In this document: positions 9,668 through 18,991 of the stretch, in pieces | How positions within the stretch are numbered: the first letter of the stretch is position 1 | How the letters are laid out: every line of letters begins with the position of its first letter | Source: Candidatus Latescibacterota bacterium | GTDB taxonomy: Bacteria > Latescibacterota > UBA2968 > GCA-2709665 | DNA length: 64,000 bases | Assembly (NCBI GenBank): GCA_965222075.1 | Contig: OZ244937.1 | Span: 3,584,001-3,648,000 of the forward strand | Reading direction: 5' to 3' | Program-made: the position numbers and the translations under genes | The notes under the pieces: model-generated | What the model was told of the DNA's origin: nothing | The model's database searches: none | The model's input: only the letters and a program-made list of their open reading frames with translations

Positions 9668-11125
9668 TCAGCCCCCGGGGGCCGTTGGATACGTACCGTA
9701 CTCGACAAGGATTTCCACATCTTCGACCACGATCCCGCCTTCGAAGCCGGCAGGCCTGTCTTGTAGAGATATTTCCAACACATTCCGGCCCTTCTGAGGG
9801 CGTACCTTTTCCAGGTGGAATTCCAGCAACTGCCCCGCGTACGGATCGCGGAATCGGATCGGGGCGCGACGGCAGGACTCGGTGGCCAGAGGGGCGCCGT
9901 TCAGGCGGACCTCGAGTCTGTCGGCTGAGACGAGATTGCTTACGCCGATCCGGAGGCGGATGCTCTGTATGCGGTCATTTGCAGGGTCATCGGCGATGGA
10001 GAAAGGGATCTGACGATGTTTCTCAGGGTCCGGTGAGGGGATCTCGAGGGGCAGAAAGGCGCCGTAGTCGTATTCGGATGCGGCGTCACAGCGGCGGCGC
10101 AGGAAGTAGTGTTTGTCGGCTTCTTGTACGAGGGTGGAATCGCCCAGTTGTGTGAGGAGACTGCGCTCGGACTCGCTCAGGGGCCAGGGGAGAAACCAGG
10201 TGTAGAGACCGTCAACACCGAGCTCCCGGAAATTGGCGGCGGCCGCCCGCATCATGGCGGCGGTGGAGTTGTCGGCCGTGTAGAATCGCCGGCTTTCGTC
10301 GCTGCCATAAGGTTGAAGCATGCCGTAGACCGAGATGTCGTATTCGTGGGCGGCCTGCACAAGCCAGCCGACCGGCATATTGGCGTCTACGACGAAGTCT
10401 ATGTAGAGCATGGGAACCACGAAGTCGACCAGCCCTTCCCGGAGCCAGGTGTGCACGTCCAGTCCGGTCTTCAGGTTCAGTTCTTCGGTGGGGTAGACGC
10501 GGGCGCCGATCTGGGCGGGACCGTCCGGGCGGCTGCGGACCATCTCAGCGGCCTTGCGGACGAAGTCGGTCATAACCGGGGTGTATTCGGACACGTCCTC
10601 GGGCCTCAGCCAGAAGGGACTTCCGCCGGGGGCGGCGGCGAAGTCCAGTTCCACGCCTTCGACGGCGTACTGCGTGGCGAGCTCTTTCAGGACGGCGGAC
10701 TGGTGGTCGCGCACTTCGGGGTGGGAAAAACTCCGCCCTCCGGTGGCGAGCGCGTGCTCGGGGGCCATGCCGCCGTAGCCGCCCATGCGCAGGCTGGCGA
10801 AGAAGTCCATGCCTTTTTCGTGGGCGCGGTCGACCAGGACGGTGAGAGGGTCGAGGCCGCGGGCGATGAGGCTTTGCATGTTCTCCCAGGCGCGCCATTC
10901 GTGGGCATGTTGAAATGGACGCCGATCACTACCGAACTGGAGGCCGATTTTGGAGGGATAGAAGAGGCCATCCGAGCGGGAGACGCCGTAGACGAAGGTG
11001 TCCACGGCCGTGCCGGCGACTTCATCGATGGGCACCCAGGCGTCTTCCATCCGCATCGGCGGTTCGAAGACGAAGAGGTAGTAGTGGCGGGCGTCGTTGA
11101 AGTAGATGGTGCGGTGCTTTCTCAT
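9668..11125 (-). CDS. GHL10-like TIM-barrel glycoside hydrolase-like protein
   Basis: IYFNDARH, FFASLRMG, VEGVELDF, WLREGLVD. Paralogous layout to 6896..8479. Confidence 0.7.
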   Translation of the reverse strand: MRKHRTIYFNDARHYYLFVFEPPMRMEDAWVPIDEVAGTAVDTFVYGVSRSDGLFYPSKIGLQFGSDRRPFQHAHEWRAWENMQSLIARGLDPLTVLVDRAHEKGMDFFASLRMGGYGGMAPEHALATGGRSFSHPEVRDHQSAVLKELATQYAVEGVELDFAAAPGGSPFWLRPEDVSEYTPVMTDFVRKAAEMVRSRPDGPAQIGARVYPTEELNLKTGLDVHTWLREGLVDFVVPMLYIDFVVDANMPVGWLVQAAHEYDISVYGMLQPYGSDESRRFYTADNSTAAMMRAAAANFRELGVDGLYTWFLPWPLSESERSLLTQLGDSTLVQEADKHYFLRRRCDAASEYDYGAFLPLEIPSPDPEKHRQIPFSIADDPANDRIQSIRLRIGVSNLVSADRLEVRLNGAPLATESCRRAPIRFRDPYAGQLLEFHLEKVRPQKGRNVLEISLQDRPAGFEGGIVVEDVEILVEYGTYPTAPGG

Positions 11126-11183
11126 AGTGGACACTCCTTGTTAAGCCCGGTGGTGCTTCTCCGGGGTTTTTTCTATGGCCGGT

Positions 11184-13418
11184 CTACCGGCGTTTTGTGA
11201 CGGCGCCGATGCGGTATTCCGGTGGTTCGTCCATTTCCAGAGCGGCATAGCTGAAGAAGGGATACACGCTCCACTCCACGCAGCCCAGGAGGTCGGGTTT
11301 GCCGTCGCCATTGAGGTCGCAGGGCCAGGCGTTCGGGCCGTGGATGGTGAAAGAGATCGGCTCGCCGAAGCACTTGAATTCGCGGGGAGCGTCGAATACC
11401 GGTTCGGCTGCGGAGCCGACGTTGCGCAGGAGGTAGATGCTGCCGGTGGCCGCGAGGCTGTAGACCAGGTCGATCAACCCGTCGCCGTCCCAATCGACCG
11501 CGCGGAAGGATTCGGTCCAGTGTTTTTCGCGGCCCACGATGGTATCGTCGATGAGTCTGCCATCGACGAGTTTGACCGGGCCTTGTTTTTTGAGGCGAAG
11601 GTTGCCTGCTGAATTGCGATACTGTGCGAACAGGGTCGCTTTTCTGGTGTTGTCGTGAGTGATGAAGTCCATCAACCCGTCGTTGTTCCAGTCCGCGAAG
11701 GCCGCTCCCGTACGCCAGAAGAAGGGGGCGTTGTCGTCCCTGGGGTAAGGGGAATTGGGTATTTCCCGATCCTCTGCCCTGCGGCCGGACTCGGCGCGGC
11801 GTTCGGGAGAATCGGGGAAGCCGTCCACTTCGAGAAACTGCCGGGCCCCGAATCCGGGCTCTTTTTTTGTGCCAATGTTTTTGAACCAGACGATGCGGTT
11901 GGTCTCGTTGGGGAGCACAAGGTCGTTCAGGCCGTCGCCGTCCCAGTCGATGAAGACGGGGTAGGGGTAGCCCATGTTGTGCCAGTGGCGGCTGCTGAGG
12001 ATTTCGTCCCGGAGCAGGCGGATGGGAACGCCCTCTGAATAGATGAACTGAGGTTCGCCGAAGGCCGGGCGCTCGTTGCTGCCTGTGTTGATGACGATGC
12101 GCGGCCGGCCGTAGCCGCCCCCGATGAGCAGGTCGTAGACGCCGTCATCGTTCCAGTCGCAGATGCAGGGCCAGGCCTGATCGCTGAGGGACATGACAGC
12201 AGAGATGGACTGGGCACGTGCCCGGTGTTTGAAGCGCGGCCGTCCCGTCCGGTCTCCGTCCAGTTCGTAGAAGGAGATGTTCTGAAACGTGTTGTGCTGG
12301 ACCAGGATGCCACGCCCGTCCGCGGCGGCAGCGACTGAGGAACACATTTCCGCATCGATGCCTTCCAACGCCATTTCCTCTCCGAACTCAGGCGAATCGC
12401 CTCTTAGGTTTTTCCGCCACATCAGGGGCTGAAAGTTGCCTTTGAGGGTGATGGTGTCAAGCTTTCCGTTGCCGTCGAGATCCAGGAAGGTCGATTTTTT
12501 TTCGATGTGGAGTTCCATCGGTTCGGCCGGCTCAAAAGGCCAGCCTTCAGGATTGGTGTTGCGGATGTAGTGGCCGTTCACGACCAGGTCGAGCGCGCCG
12601 TCCCCGTTGAGGTCCACGGCGTAGAGGCCGCTGTTTTGTGCCACAGGAGCGGGTAGGGATGGGCCGTGGACGAAGATCGGCATGCCGGAGGGCTCCCGTT
12701 CTCCGGTGTTGAGGAAGAAGGTGACCTCGTCTGCATTCATTTCGGCAAAGAGGATGTCGACCCGCCCATCGCCGGTAAAGTCGGCGAAGTCCGCCTGGGT
12801 GTAGACGCCGGGGAAGTCCTTCAGGTCGGTTGCGCCGGGCTTTTCGACATAGTGCAGGCGGGTGAGGTCGCCGAACGTGAAGTCATCGTCGGGTCCGACG
12901 CGGGGGTAACAGATGACGCCGCTAATCGGTGAGCCAGGACGGTAGTAGTAGTTCCAGCAGCCGGCCAGGTCCTGCCTGCCGTCTCCGGTCAGGTCGATCA
13001 GCTTCATGGAGGACAGGACGATGGGACGGGGCTCGCCCGCGTTGTAGCGCAGCAGATCGCCGACGCCGATCATGGGGACGTGGTCCTGCGGCTGCAGCGG
13101 GGGGCGTTTCTGGACGGTTTTGAAGCGAATTTCGTATTCTGTGTGCGCCGGGCCCGCAATGACCCACTCGATGCGGCCTCTGTCGCTGTAGGCAAAATCT
13201 TCGGTGCGCGCATGCGGGACGACCTCGCCGGCGGCCACATCGATGACCTGGATGGAATTGGGGTCCAGCACGCCCGGCAGGCCGGCCTGCTCGATCAGAG
13301 CGGCGAAGTTGATTATCGGGGATAGGGGAATGTGTCCCACGTCCGTTGGCAGCTTCGAGGTTACGGTCAGGCAGAAGCTGTTGTCGGGTTCTGCGGGTGG
13401 CATAAGGCTGTGGTCCAA
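11184..13418 (-). CDS. FG-GAP/VCBS repeat beta-propeller protein
   Basis: Multiple D-x-N/D-G-D-G-x-x-D-L repeats (DLTGDGRQDL, DLNGDGALDL, DWDGDGLNDL, DLNGDGKPDL). Confidence 0.88.
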   Translation of the reverse strand: MDHSLMPPAEPDNSFCLTVTSKLPTDVGHIPLSPIINFAALIEQAGLPGVLDPNSIQVIDVAAGEVVPHARTEDFAYSDRGRIEWVIAGPAHTEYEIRFKTVQKRPPLQPQDHVPMIGVGDLLRYNAGEPRPIVLSSMKLIDLTGDGRQDLAGCWNYYYRPGSPISGVICYPRVGPDDDFTFGDLTRLHYVEKPGATDLKDFPGVYTQADFADFTGDGRVDILFAEMNADEVTFFLNTGEREPSGMPIFVHGPSLPAPVAQNSGLYAVDLNGDGALDLVVNGHYIRNTNPEGWPFEPAEPMELHIEKKSTFLDLDGNGKLDTITLKGNFQPLMWRKNLRGDSPEFGEEMALEGIDAEMCSSVAAAADGRGILVQHNTFQNISFYELDGDRTGRPRFKHRARAQSISAVMSLSDQAWPCICDWNDDGVYDLLIGGGYGRPRIVINTGSNERPAFGEPQFIYSEGVPIRLLRDEILSSRHWHNMGYPYPVFIDWDGDGLNDLVLPNETNRIVWFKNIGTKKEPGFGARQFLEVDGFPDSPERRAESGRRAEDREIPNSPYPRDDNAPFFWRTGAAFADWNNDGLMDFITHDNTRKATLFAQYRNSAGNLRLKKQGPVKLVDGRLIDDTIVGREKHWTESFRAVDWDGDGLIDLVYSLAATGSIYLLRNVGSAAEPVFDAPREFKCFGEPISFTIHGPNAWPCDLNGDGKPDLLGCVEWSVYPFFSYAALEMDEPPEYRIGAVTKRR

Positions 13419-13497
13419 TGCGATTACTCCCCCGAAGGCTCATAAGGCCCCAGATCTGGGTCCTGGCCCCGGTGGAAGTTCTTGCCCATTTGGAGAA

Positions 13498-14184
13498 TCA
13501 GGATTGTTCCCATCCGCACTTGATAAACAGGTCTTTTATATCTTCAGGAACGGGGGCCTCTATGGTGAGCGGTTCTTTGGTGTAGGGATGGTCGAACGCG
13601 AGGTTGGTGGCCATAAGCAACAGGCGCCGGATGTTGAAGGTTGACCGAAAGAAGCGGTTCTGCGAACCATCGCCGTAGTTGGTGTCTCCGACGATGGGAT
13701 GGGAGATGTGGGCGAAGTGCTTGCGGATCTGGTGCATCCGGCCTGTGAGAGGTACCGCGCGGACCAGGGAATAACGGGCGGATGGATGTTTGCCTACCGG
13801 GGTCTGGAACTCAACCGTTCCTTCACAGGTGTAGCCGGTGATCGCTTCGGCGGGCTTTCTGTCCCGGCTCTCGCGGAGGGGATGTTCAATCCGTCCACTT
13901 TCGGGCGTGTACCCTCGGACGACGGCGAGATAGCGTTTTTTTATAGCGCGTCTTTCAAAGAGGAGGCACATCTTTCGGGCGGCTTCCGAACTCAGAGCGA
14001 AGAGGAGTACGCCCGATGTGGCGCGGTCCAATCGATGGATGGTGTAGACCGACCGGCCGAGCTGTCTGCGCAGCCTGGACATGCAGTTCGCTTCACGCGG
14101 AGCAAGCTTGGTGGAATGCACGAACAGGCCGCTTGGTTTGTGAACAGCGGCGTAGTGGTTGTCCTGGTAGAGGATTTCGAGCAC
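13498..14184 (-). CDS. truC: RluA/TruC family pseudouridine synthase
   Basis: HKPSGL, HRLDRATSG, TGRMHQIRKH, PIVGDTNYG; no S4 domain. Confidence 0.8.
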   Translation of the reverse strand: MLEILYQDNHYAAVHKPSGLFVHSTKLAPREANCMSRLRRQLGRSVYTIHRLDRATSGVLLFALSSEAARKMCLLFERRAIKKRYLAVVRGYTPESGRIEHPLRESRDRKPAEAITGYTCEGTVEFQTPVGKHPSARYSLVRAVPLTGRMHQIRKHFAHISHPIVGDTNYGDGSQNRFFRSTFNIRRLLLMATNLAFDHPYTKEPLTIEAPVPEDIKDLFIKCGWEQS

Positions 14185-14205
14185 GGTTGTAAGAAAAAGC
14201 TAAGC

Positions 14206-14270
14206 ATTCACCGCAGAGACGTAGAGGACGCGGAGAAAGACCGGAATCGTGTATCGTGTATCGTGTATCG
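14206..14270. repeat. Dispersed intergenic repeat followed by heptamer tandem (ATCGTGT)x3.5
   Basis: attcaccgcagagacgtagaggacgcggagaaa at 14206-14238 is near-identical to the reverse complement of 39359-39391. Tandem at 14246-14270. Confidence 0.75.
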
Positions 14271-14277
14271 AGAGAGG

Positions 14278-14583
14278 TCAATCTGAAGGCAGGTGGATTT
14301 TCCGTTTTTCCGCATCGGGGTGCTGCCGGTAGAAGATGGCGATGTGCCCGATCATACCGACCCCATGGCTTTTCGTCTTTCGTGCAATTTCGTCGGAGTG
14401 TGCGCGTTTTTTCTCTTTCTGTTCAATGAATTTGACTTTGATGAGTTCGTGTGTGTCCAAGGCCTGGTCAACGGTGTGGATTAAACCGTCGGTCACGCCG
14501 CTTTTTCCGATCTGTACAACCGGTTTTAAGTGATGCGCCAGGGATTTCAAGTACTTTCTGTCCGATCCTTTGAGTTTTCCCAT
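14278..14583 (-). CDS. yhbY: YhbY/CRS1 RNA-binding protein
   Basis: LKSLAHHLKPVVQIGKSG, HELIKVK, IGHIAIFYR. Confidence 0.92.
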   Translation of the reverse strand: MGKLKGSDRKYLKSLAHHLKPVVQIGKSGVTDGLIHTVDQALDTHELIKVKFIEQKEKKRAHSDEIARKTKSHGVGMIGHIAIFYRQHPDAEKRKIHLPSD

Positions 14584-14720
14584 GACGAACCCTTTACTCG
14601 GCCTGGATTGCCAAATCCAGACCATCTTCGCCAGATTTGGCAAATAGGTTACAGCCCCCATCTTGGTTGAGGGCAAAGACAGGGGCTGTGGAAGGGGTCT
14701 CGCTGCCGGTCAGCAGGCGT

Positions 14721-15469
14721 TCACCCGATTTCGAGCAGTTCGACTTCGAAAATCAGAACCGAATTCGGCGGGATACCGGGACGGCCGCGTTCCCCATAGG
14801 CAAGGCCCGATGGGATAAAGAGTTGCCATTTTGCGCCTACCTTCATCAACTGCAGGGCCTCCGTCCAGCCAGAAATGACGTCGTTGACCGGAAAGCTTGC
14901 AGGCTGCCCCCGTTTATAGGAGCTGTCGAATTCACTTCCGTCGATAAAGGTGCCCCGGTAGTGGACGGTAACTTTACTGGTTGCCATGGGAGTTTTTCCG
15001 GTTCCGGCCTTGAGTATTTTGTACTGCAAACCGCTCGGCAGGGTTACGACGCCTTCCTTGTTCTTGTTTTCGACAGGAAGGCCTCGCCTGTCTTTTTGCT
15101 TTCTTCCCCTGTCTTTTTGCTTTCTTCCCCTGTCTTTTTGCTTTCTTCCCCTGTCTTTTTGCTTTCTTCGGCTTGCTGCTTCGCGTTGGTCCTCCGCCGG
15201 GTCTGGAATGCCACAATCGATGCATTCATTTCGGCCTCTGTCATCAGGGTATCCCCACCGATCAGCGCAAACCTTACACCCTGTGCAATAATATTTGGAT
15301 CCGCTTCGATCGATTGAACCTGTAAGGTTTGATTTATGTTCATTCCAAAGCTGTATCCAATGCTGTAGCTGAGTTTGTCTTTTTCTGTCTTCAATTCGAG
15401 TTTGTCCTGCTTCCCGGCTTCACACCCCAGAAGGGCGATGGATAACACGACAGCCAATCCCAATCTCAT
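14721..15469 (-). pseudogene. FKBP-type peptidyl-prolyl isomerase lipoprotein (FkpA/Mip-like), frameshifted at ~15067-15070
   Basis: Lipobox LLGC, KLSYSIG N-domain, then [30 protein letters not shown] in the next frame. Adding one base at the A4 run restores FLS(E/K)NKNKEGV. Could be a sequencing error. Confidence 0.85.
15087..15170. repeat. Coding tandem repeat, 21 bp x4 (EESKKTG)
   Basis: cctgtctttttgctttcttcc repeated four times; last copy differs at its final base. Confidence 0.97.
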
Positions 15470-15749
15470 TGTAATCTCCTTAGATGAGGATGTACATCCG
15501 ATCCAGGCAGGCAAGTAAGTAGTGATGCAATAGTTTTTGTAAAAAACGGATAGTACTGGCCCTATGCTGAAGATTATTACATCTATAGCACAGTATTTAC
15601 AAAGAGTTAAGGCGATTTTTTCGTAGGGAATTCTACTCCTGTAATCCAGTGAGAGAGTTCACAATTACTTCTGCTTGACTACTTAGTTGTGCAAAACGAT
15701 TTACAAAAAATCTATTAACATATAAATGAAGGGACGAGCCCCAAGCCCC

Positions 15750-17597
15750 TTAATGATCATCGTCCCGCTCACTCAGCAGCTCCCCGCGCTGCAGCCGTTC
15801 GGCGTTTTCCGTGGACCAGAGAATCCCCTTCATCACTTTCTGTGCGGTGATATAACGCGTCGCCGCCAGCAGGTGCATCCGCTTCTCCTCCGGATCGTCC
15901 GACAGGTCGTAGTGCCGGAACGCCACCTCTAAGACCTGGAACATGTGCAGTTCCGCGTCCTCCCGCAGCATGATATGGGCCAGCGCGTGTCTGAGCTTCG
16001 TGATATCGTAGCCTTCCTCCAGGTACTGGCTCGCTAAGACCTCGGCCTCGAAGACCTTCTGGAAATCCGCAAACTCCTGGAACCGGTCCAGCATCTCATC
16101 CTCAGACGCGAATGGCTCATCCAGCCGCTGTCCCGGCCTGGGCAGGCGGGCCGCCGGCATGTTGAGCCAGCGCAGATAGGTCAAAAAGACCGCGCCGTGG
16201 AAAATTCCGCGCAGGAGTTCCTTGCTCGGCGCCAGGTGGAACGCCCGGTAAAGCGCGTGCGCGTAGGAATAGATATTCGCCACATCGTGCCAGTCCCCCT
16301 CGTTCTTGAGATGGAACCGCGCCGTGCGGATCGCACCGGCATAGGTCATGGCCCGGCAGATATCCGTGGGCTTCACGCCCTCTCGCAGCTTCGCCTCGAT
16401 CTCGGCGACAATCGGCTCGAACGCCTCTCCCAGCAGGGTCTGGGTAAAGGCCGAAACGTCCAGCGGCGCCTCGTTCGCCCGGTTTGCTTCCCAGATCTCG
16501 TCTAAGCGGGTGAAAATATCTTCTAAAACTGGCACGCTGTCTTCCCACCGGGCGGTCTCCTCGTGCCGCACCCTGCCCACCAGGTCAACCACGATCGGCC
16601 GCAAAATCTCATTCGCCCCTTCCCAGTCCACATAATCTAAGGCCTCGAACATCTTATTCGCAAAATCAAGCGCATGGCCGTCGCCGGTAAAGTAGAAATC
16701 CGTTGCGGTGGTAAACACAACATCCGCAATGGTCTCCTTGGGGTAGCCGCGGTCGTACATGGTCATCAGGATACGCTGCGCTGCACTGCTGCTGCGCTGG
16801 TCCACTAAGCGCCGGAACCAGCGTTTGAGGGTCGCCAGGTCAGGTTCGTCCGATGTTCTGGGCAGGGCAAACCCCTGCCGCCGCGAACTCCCCGATGTCC
16901 GGCGGGAAATCTGCGTCAGCCCGTGGACCAGGAAGAGATTGTGGTCCTTCTTGTCCACATCCTCCCACATATTCGCAGCTAAGGTCAGAATGGCCACCCC
17001 GGACGACCAGCCTTCACTCGATTTATACGACCCGTAAAAAAGCCCCTGCTGGATGATCTCCTGCGGTGCGGCACCCGCAGCCTTCAGCGCAGTAATCGCC
17101 TTGGCGATCAGGAGCGAACTGCGGTCTTTCAGGCCCTGTTCAAGAATGTACTTCCCCCGGTTGATCAGCCGGCGTCTGGCCGCCTCTTTTTCGCCCGGGG
17201 TAAGGCCCACGTAGAGATACCCGTCATCACGGACCTCCACGGGAAAGCTCTTCAGATCGTTTCCGGCTCCGGAGGTCACGAAGCAGCCGCCCGTCTTCAG
17301 GTCGAACTCCCAGTGGTGCCAGTGGCAGATCAGCACCCCGTCCCGGACGGTGCCCTTGGACATCGGATATCCCATGTGCGGGCAGCGGTTGTCCACCGCG
17401 TTGAACGTCCCCCCGTAAAGAAAAACAGCGATGTGGGTGCCGTCCACCGCAAACGGCTTCCCCTCGCCTTCTTCAAACGCATCGGCAGGGCACAATTTAT
17501 GGTAGACCAGCCTGCCCGGATCCACTTCCGATGAAGTGTCCAGGATCTTATCTCCATCTAAGAGGCTTTCCCGGATACCCTGGGTAGCGATAGCCAT
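15750..17597 (-). CDS. Rieske [2Fe-2S] domain protein with large helical C-terminal region
   Basis: CPHMG..CHWHHWEFDL Rieske motifs; RBS AAGGAGG. Confidence 0.85.
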   Translation of the reverse strand: MAIATQGIRESLLDGDKILDTSSEVDPGRLVYHKLCPADAFEEGEGKPFAVDGTHIAVFLYGGTFNAVDNRCPHMGYPMSKGTVRDGVLICHWHHWEFDLKTGGCFVTSGAGNDLKSFPVEVRDDGYLYVGLTPGEKEAARRRLINRGKYILEQGLKDRSSLLIAKAITALKAAGAAPQEIIQQGLFYGSYKSSEGWSSGVAILTLAANMWEDVDKKDHNLFLVHGLTQISRRTSGSSRRQGFALPRTSDEPDLATLKRWFRRLVDQRSSSAAQRILMTMYDRGYPKETIADVVFTTATDFYFTGDGHALDFANKMFEALDYVDWEGANEILRPIVVDLVGRVRHEETARWEDSVPVLEDIFTRLDEIWEANRANEAPLDVSAFTQTLLGEAFEPIVAEIEAKLREGVKPTDICRAMTYAGAIRTARFHLKNEGDWHDVANIYSYAHALYRAFHLAPSKELLRGIFHGAVFLTYLRWLNMPAARLPRPGQRLDEPFASEDEMLDRFQEFADFQKVFEAEVLASQYLEEGYDITKLRHALAHIMLREDAELHMFQVLEVAFRHYDLSDDPEEKRMHLLAATRYITAQKVMKGILWSTENAERLQRGELLSERDDDH

Positions 17598-17840
17598 AAC
17601 GATCCCTCCTTAGTGATGAGGACCTGAAGCAACTAACGATCTGATCCGGATGGACTACCTGAAAATTTACCTGGATCTGCTTACAAGGTAATTGATTTGA
17701 AACCAGATATCAAGCGTTCTTGGATAGATATGCCCTTGCCGCCCGGGCAAGGGACGATTCCCGGAATAAGCAACCCTCAAAAGCCTCTTGTTGACAGCGC
17801 ACAAATTACGTACATTACTGCCTCACCCAAACCAAACTTC

Positions 17841-17872
17841 CCATCTGTGTTCATCCGTGTCCATCGGTGGTT
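17841..17872. repeat. Degenerate decamer tandem repeat (CATCYGTG..)x3; partial copy at 37833-37854
   Basis: ccatctgtgt tcatccgtgt ccatcggtgg tt. Confidence 0.65.
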
Positions 17873-17905
17873 GCTTTTCTCTGCTTTCACAATGGAGACC
17901 CCAAA

Positions 17906-18973
17906 ATGAAAATCAAAACCATCACCGCCACCCCCGTCGCCATCCCCTACGCCGCACCCGTTGGCCCTTACATCGGACGCGGCGGCCTTCCGGGCACCCT
18001 GGGTGCCCACGGGCTGATCGTCAGAGTCGAAACCGATGCTGGACTCGTCGGCTGGGGCGAGGGAACCGGTGCCTTCGAAACCAACCCGGACGCCGTCCTC
18101 GCCGGCCGCCACGCAGCCGACATCGAAAGCGCGGTCGCAGCCTTAGAGGAGGCGGGCATCGGCAAAGGGCCCATGTCCGGCGTCGAAATGGCGCTCTGGG
18201 ACCTGCTGGGCAAACAGGCCGAGTTGCCCGTCTGCCGGCTCATGGGCGGCGTTGTGCGCACCGAAATCGACTTCTGCGCCTGCATGGGCCTCAAAGAACC
18301 GACCGAATCCGCCGCCACCGCCCGGGAATACGTCGACCGCTGGGGCTTCCGCTTTTTAAAAACAAAGGCCGGCGTCGACTCCAACCAGGATCTCCGCATC
18401 GCCCGCGCCGTTCAGAAGGAAGTCGGCGCCGTTGCCGTCTTCCGCCCGGACGCCAACGGTGGGTACCCCCCCGAGGAGACCGTCGCCATGATGAAAAAAA
18501 TGCGCGATCTCGGCATCCGCTTCTTCGAAGATCCCTGCTCCGTCGAGAACCCCGAAACCCTTGCCCGGGTCCGAAATGAAGTCGGCATGGGGATTCTCGT
18601 CAATGGAGGCGTGGGCCTTCCCGAAAGCGTCCGTCCCCTGCTTGAGGCCGGGGTGGCCGACATGCTCATGCCGGACACCCCGGGTGCGGGCGCCCTCATC
18701 CGCATCAAAAAGATAGCCGCCATTGCCGAAGTCTGGAACGTAGCCTGCCTGATGCACTGCTCCCACGACCTGGGCCTCAAAACCGCGGCCATCCTCCACA
18801 TCGCCGCGTCCACCCCCAATTTCTCCGGCCCCAACGACACCTGCTACCACGGCCTCACCGACGACATCCTGGCCGAACCCCTGACCTTCGAAAACGGCCG
18901 GATCAGCGTCCCCCTCGGCCCGGGCCTGGGCGTTGAAGTCGACGAGTCAAAAATCGAAAAGTACCGGGCTTAG
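17906..18973 (+). CDS. Mandelate racemase/muconate lactonizing enzyme family
   Basis: VETDAGLVGWGE, ALWDLLGK, KTKAG, DAN, FEDP, GPGLGVEVD. Confidence 0.9.
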   Translation: MKIKTITATPVAIPYAAPVGPYIGRGGLPGTLGAHGLIVRVETDAGLVGWGEGTGAFETNPDAVLAGRHAADIESAVAALEEAGIGKGPMSGVEMALWDLLGKQAELPVCRLMGGVVRTEIDFCACMGLKEPTESAATAREYVDRWGFRFLKTKAGVDSNQDLRIARAVQKEVGAVAVFRPDANGGYPPEETVAMMKKMRDLGIRFFEDPCSVENPETLARVRNEVGMGILVNGGVGLPESVRPLLEAGVADMLMPDTPGAGALIRIKKIAAIAEVWNVACLMHCSHDLGLKTAAILHIAASTPNFSGPNDTCYHGLTDDILAEPLTFENGRISVPLGPGLGVEVDESKIEKYRA

Positions 18974-18991
18974 AGCCTGTAGGGAGATCCC

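Noticed and set aside
12971-12993. CCTGCCTGCC...CAGG resembling the palindromic element
   Set aside because: It encodes a normal FG-GAP repeat (DLTGDGRQDL), lacks the GCAGACAGG end and the CC(C/G)A flank, and removing it would destroy the motif.
15087-15170. Possible CRISPR array
   Set aside because: Head-to-tail coding repeat with no spacers; no cas genes in the window. The 24-bp repeat pair at 51933/52259 is also too far apart and has only two copies.
15705-15740. Possible dif site near the skew switch
   Set aside because: Only a partial XerD-like arm and no XerC arm.
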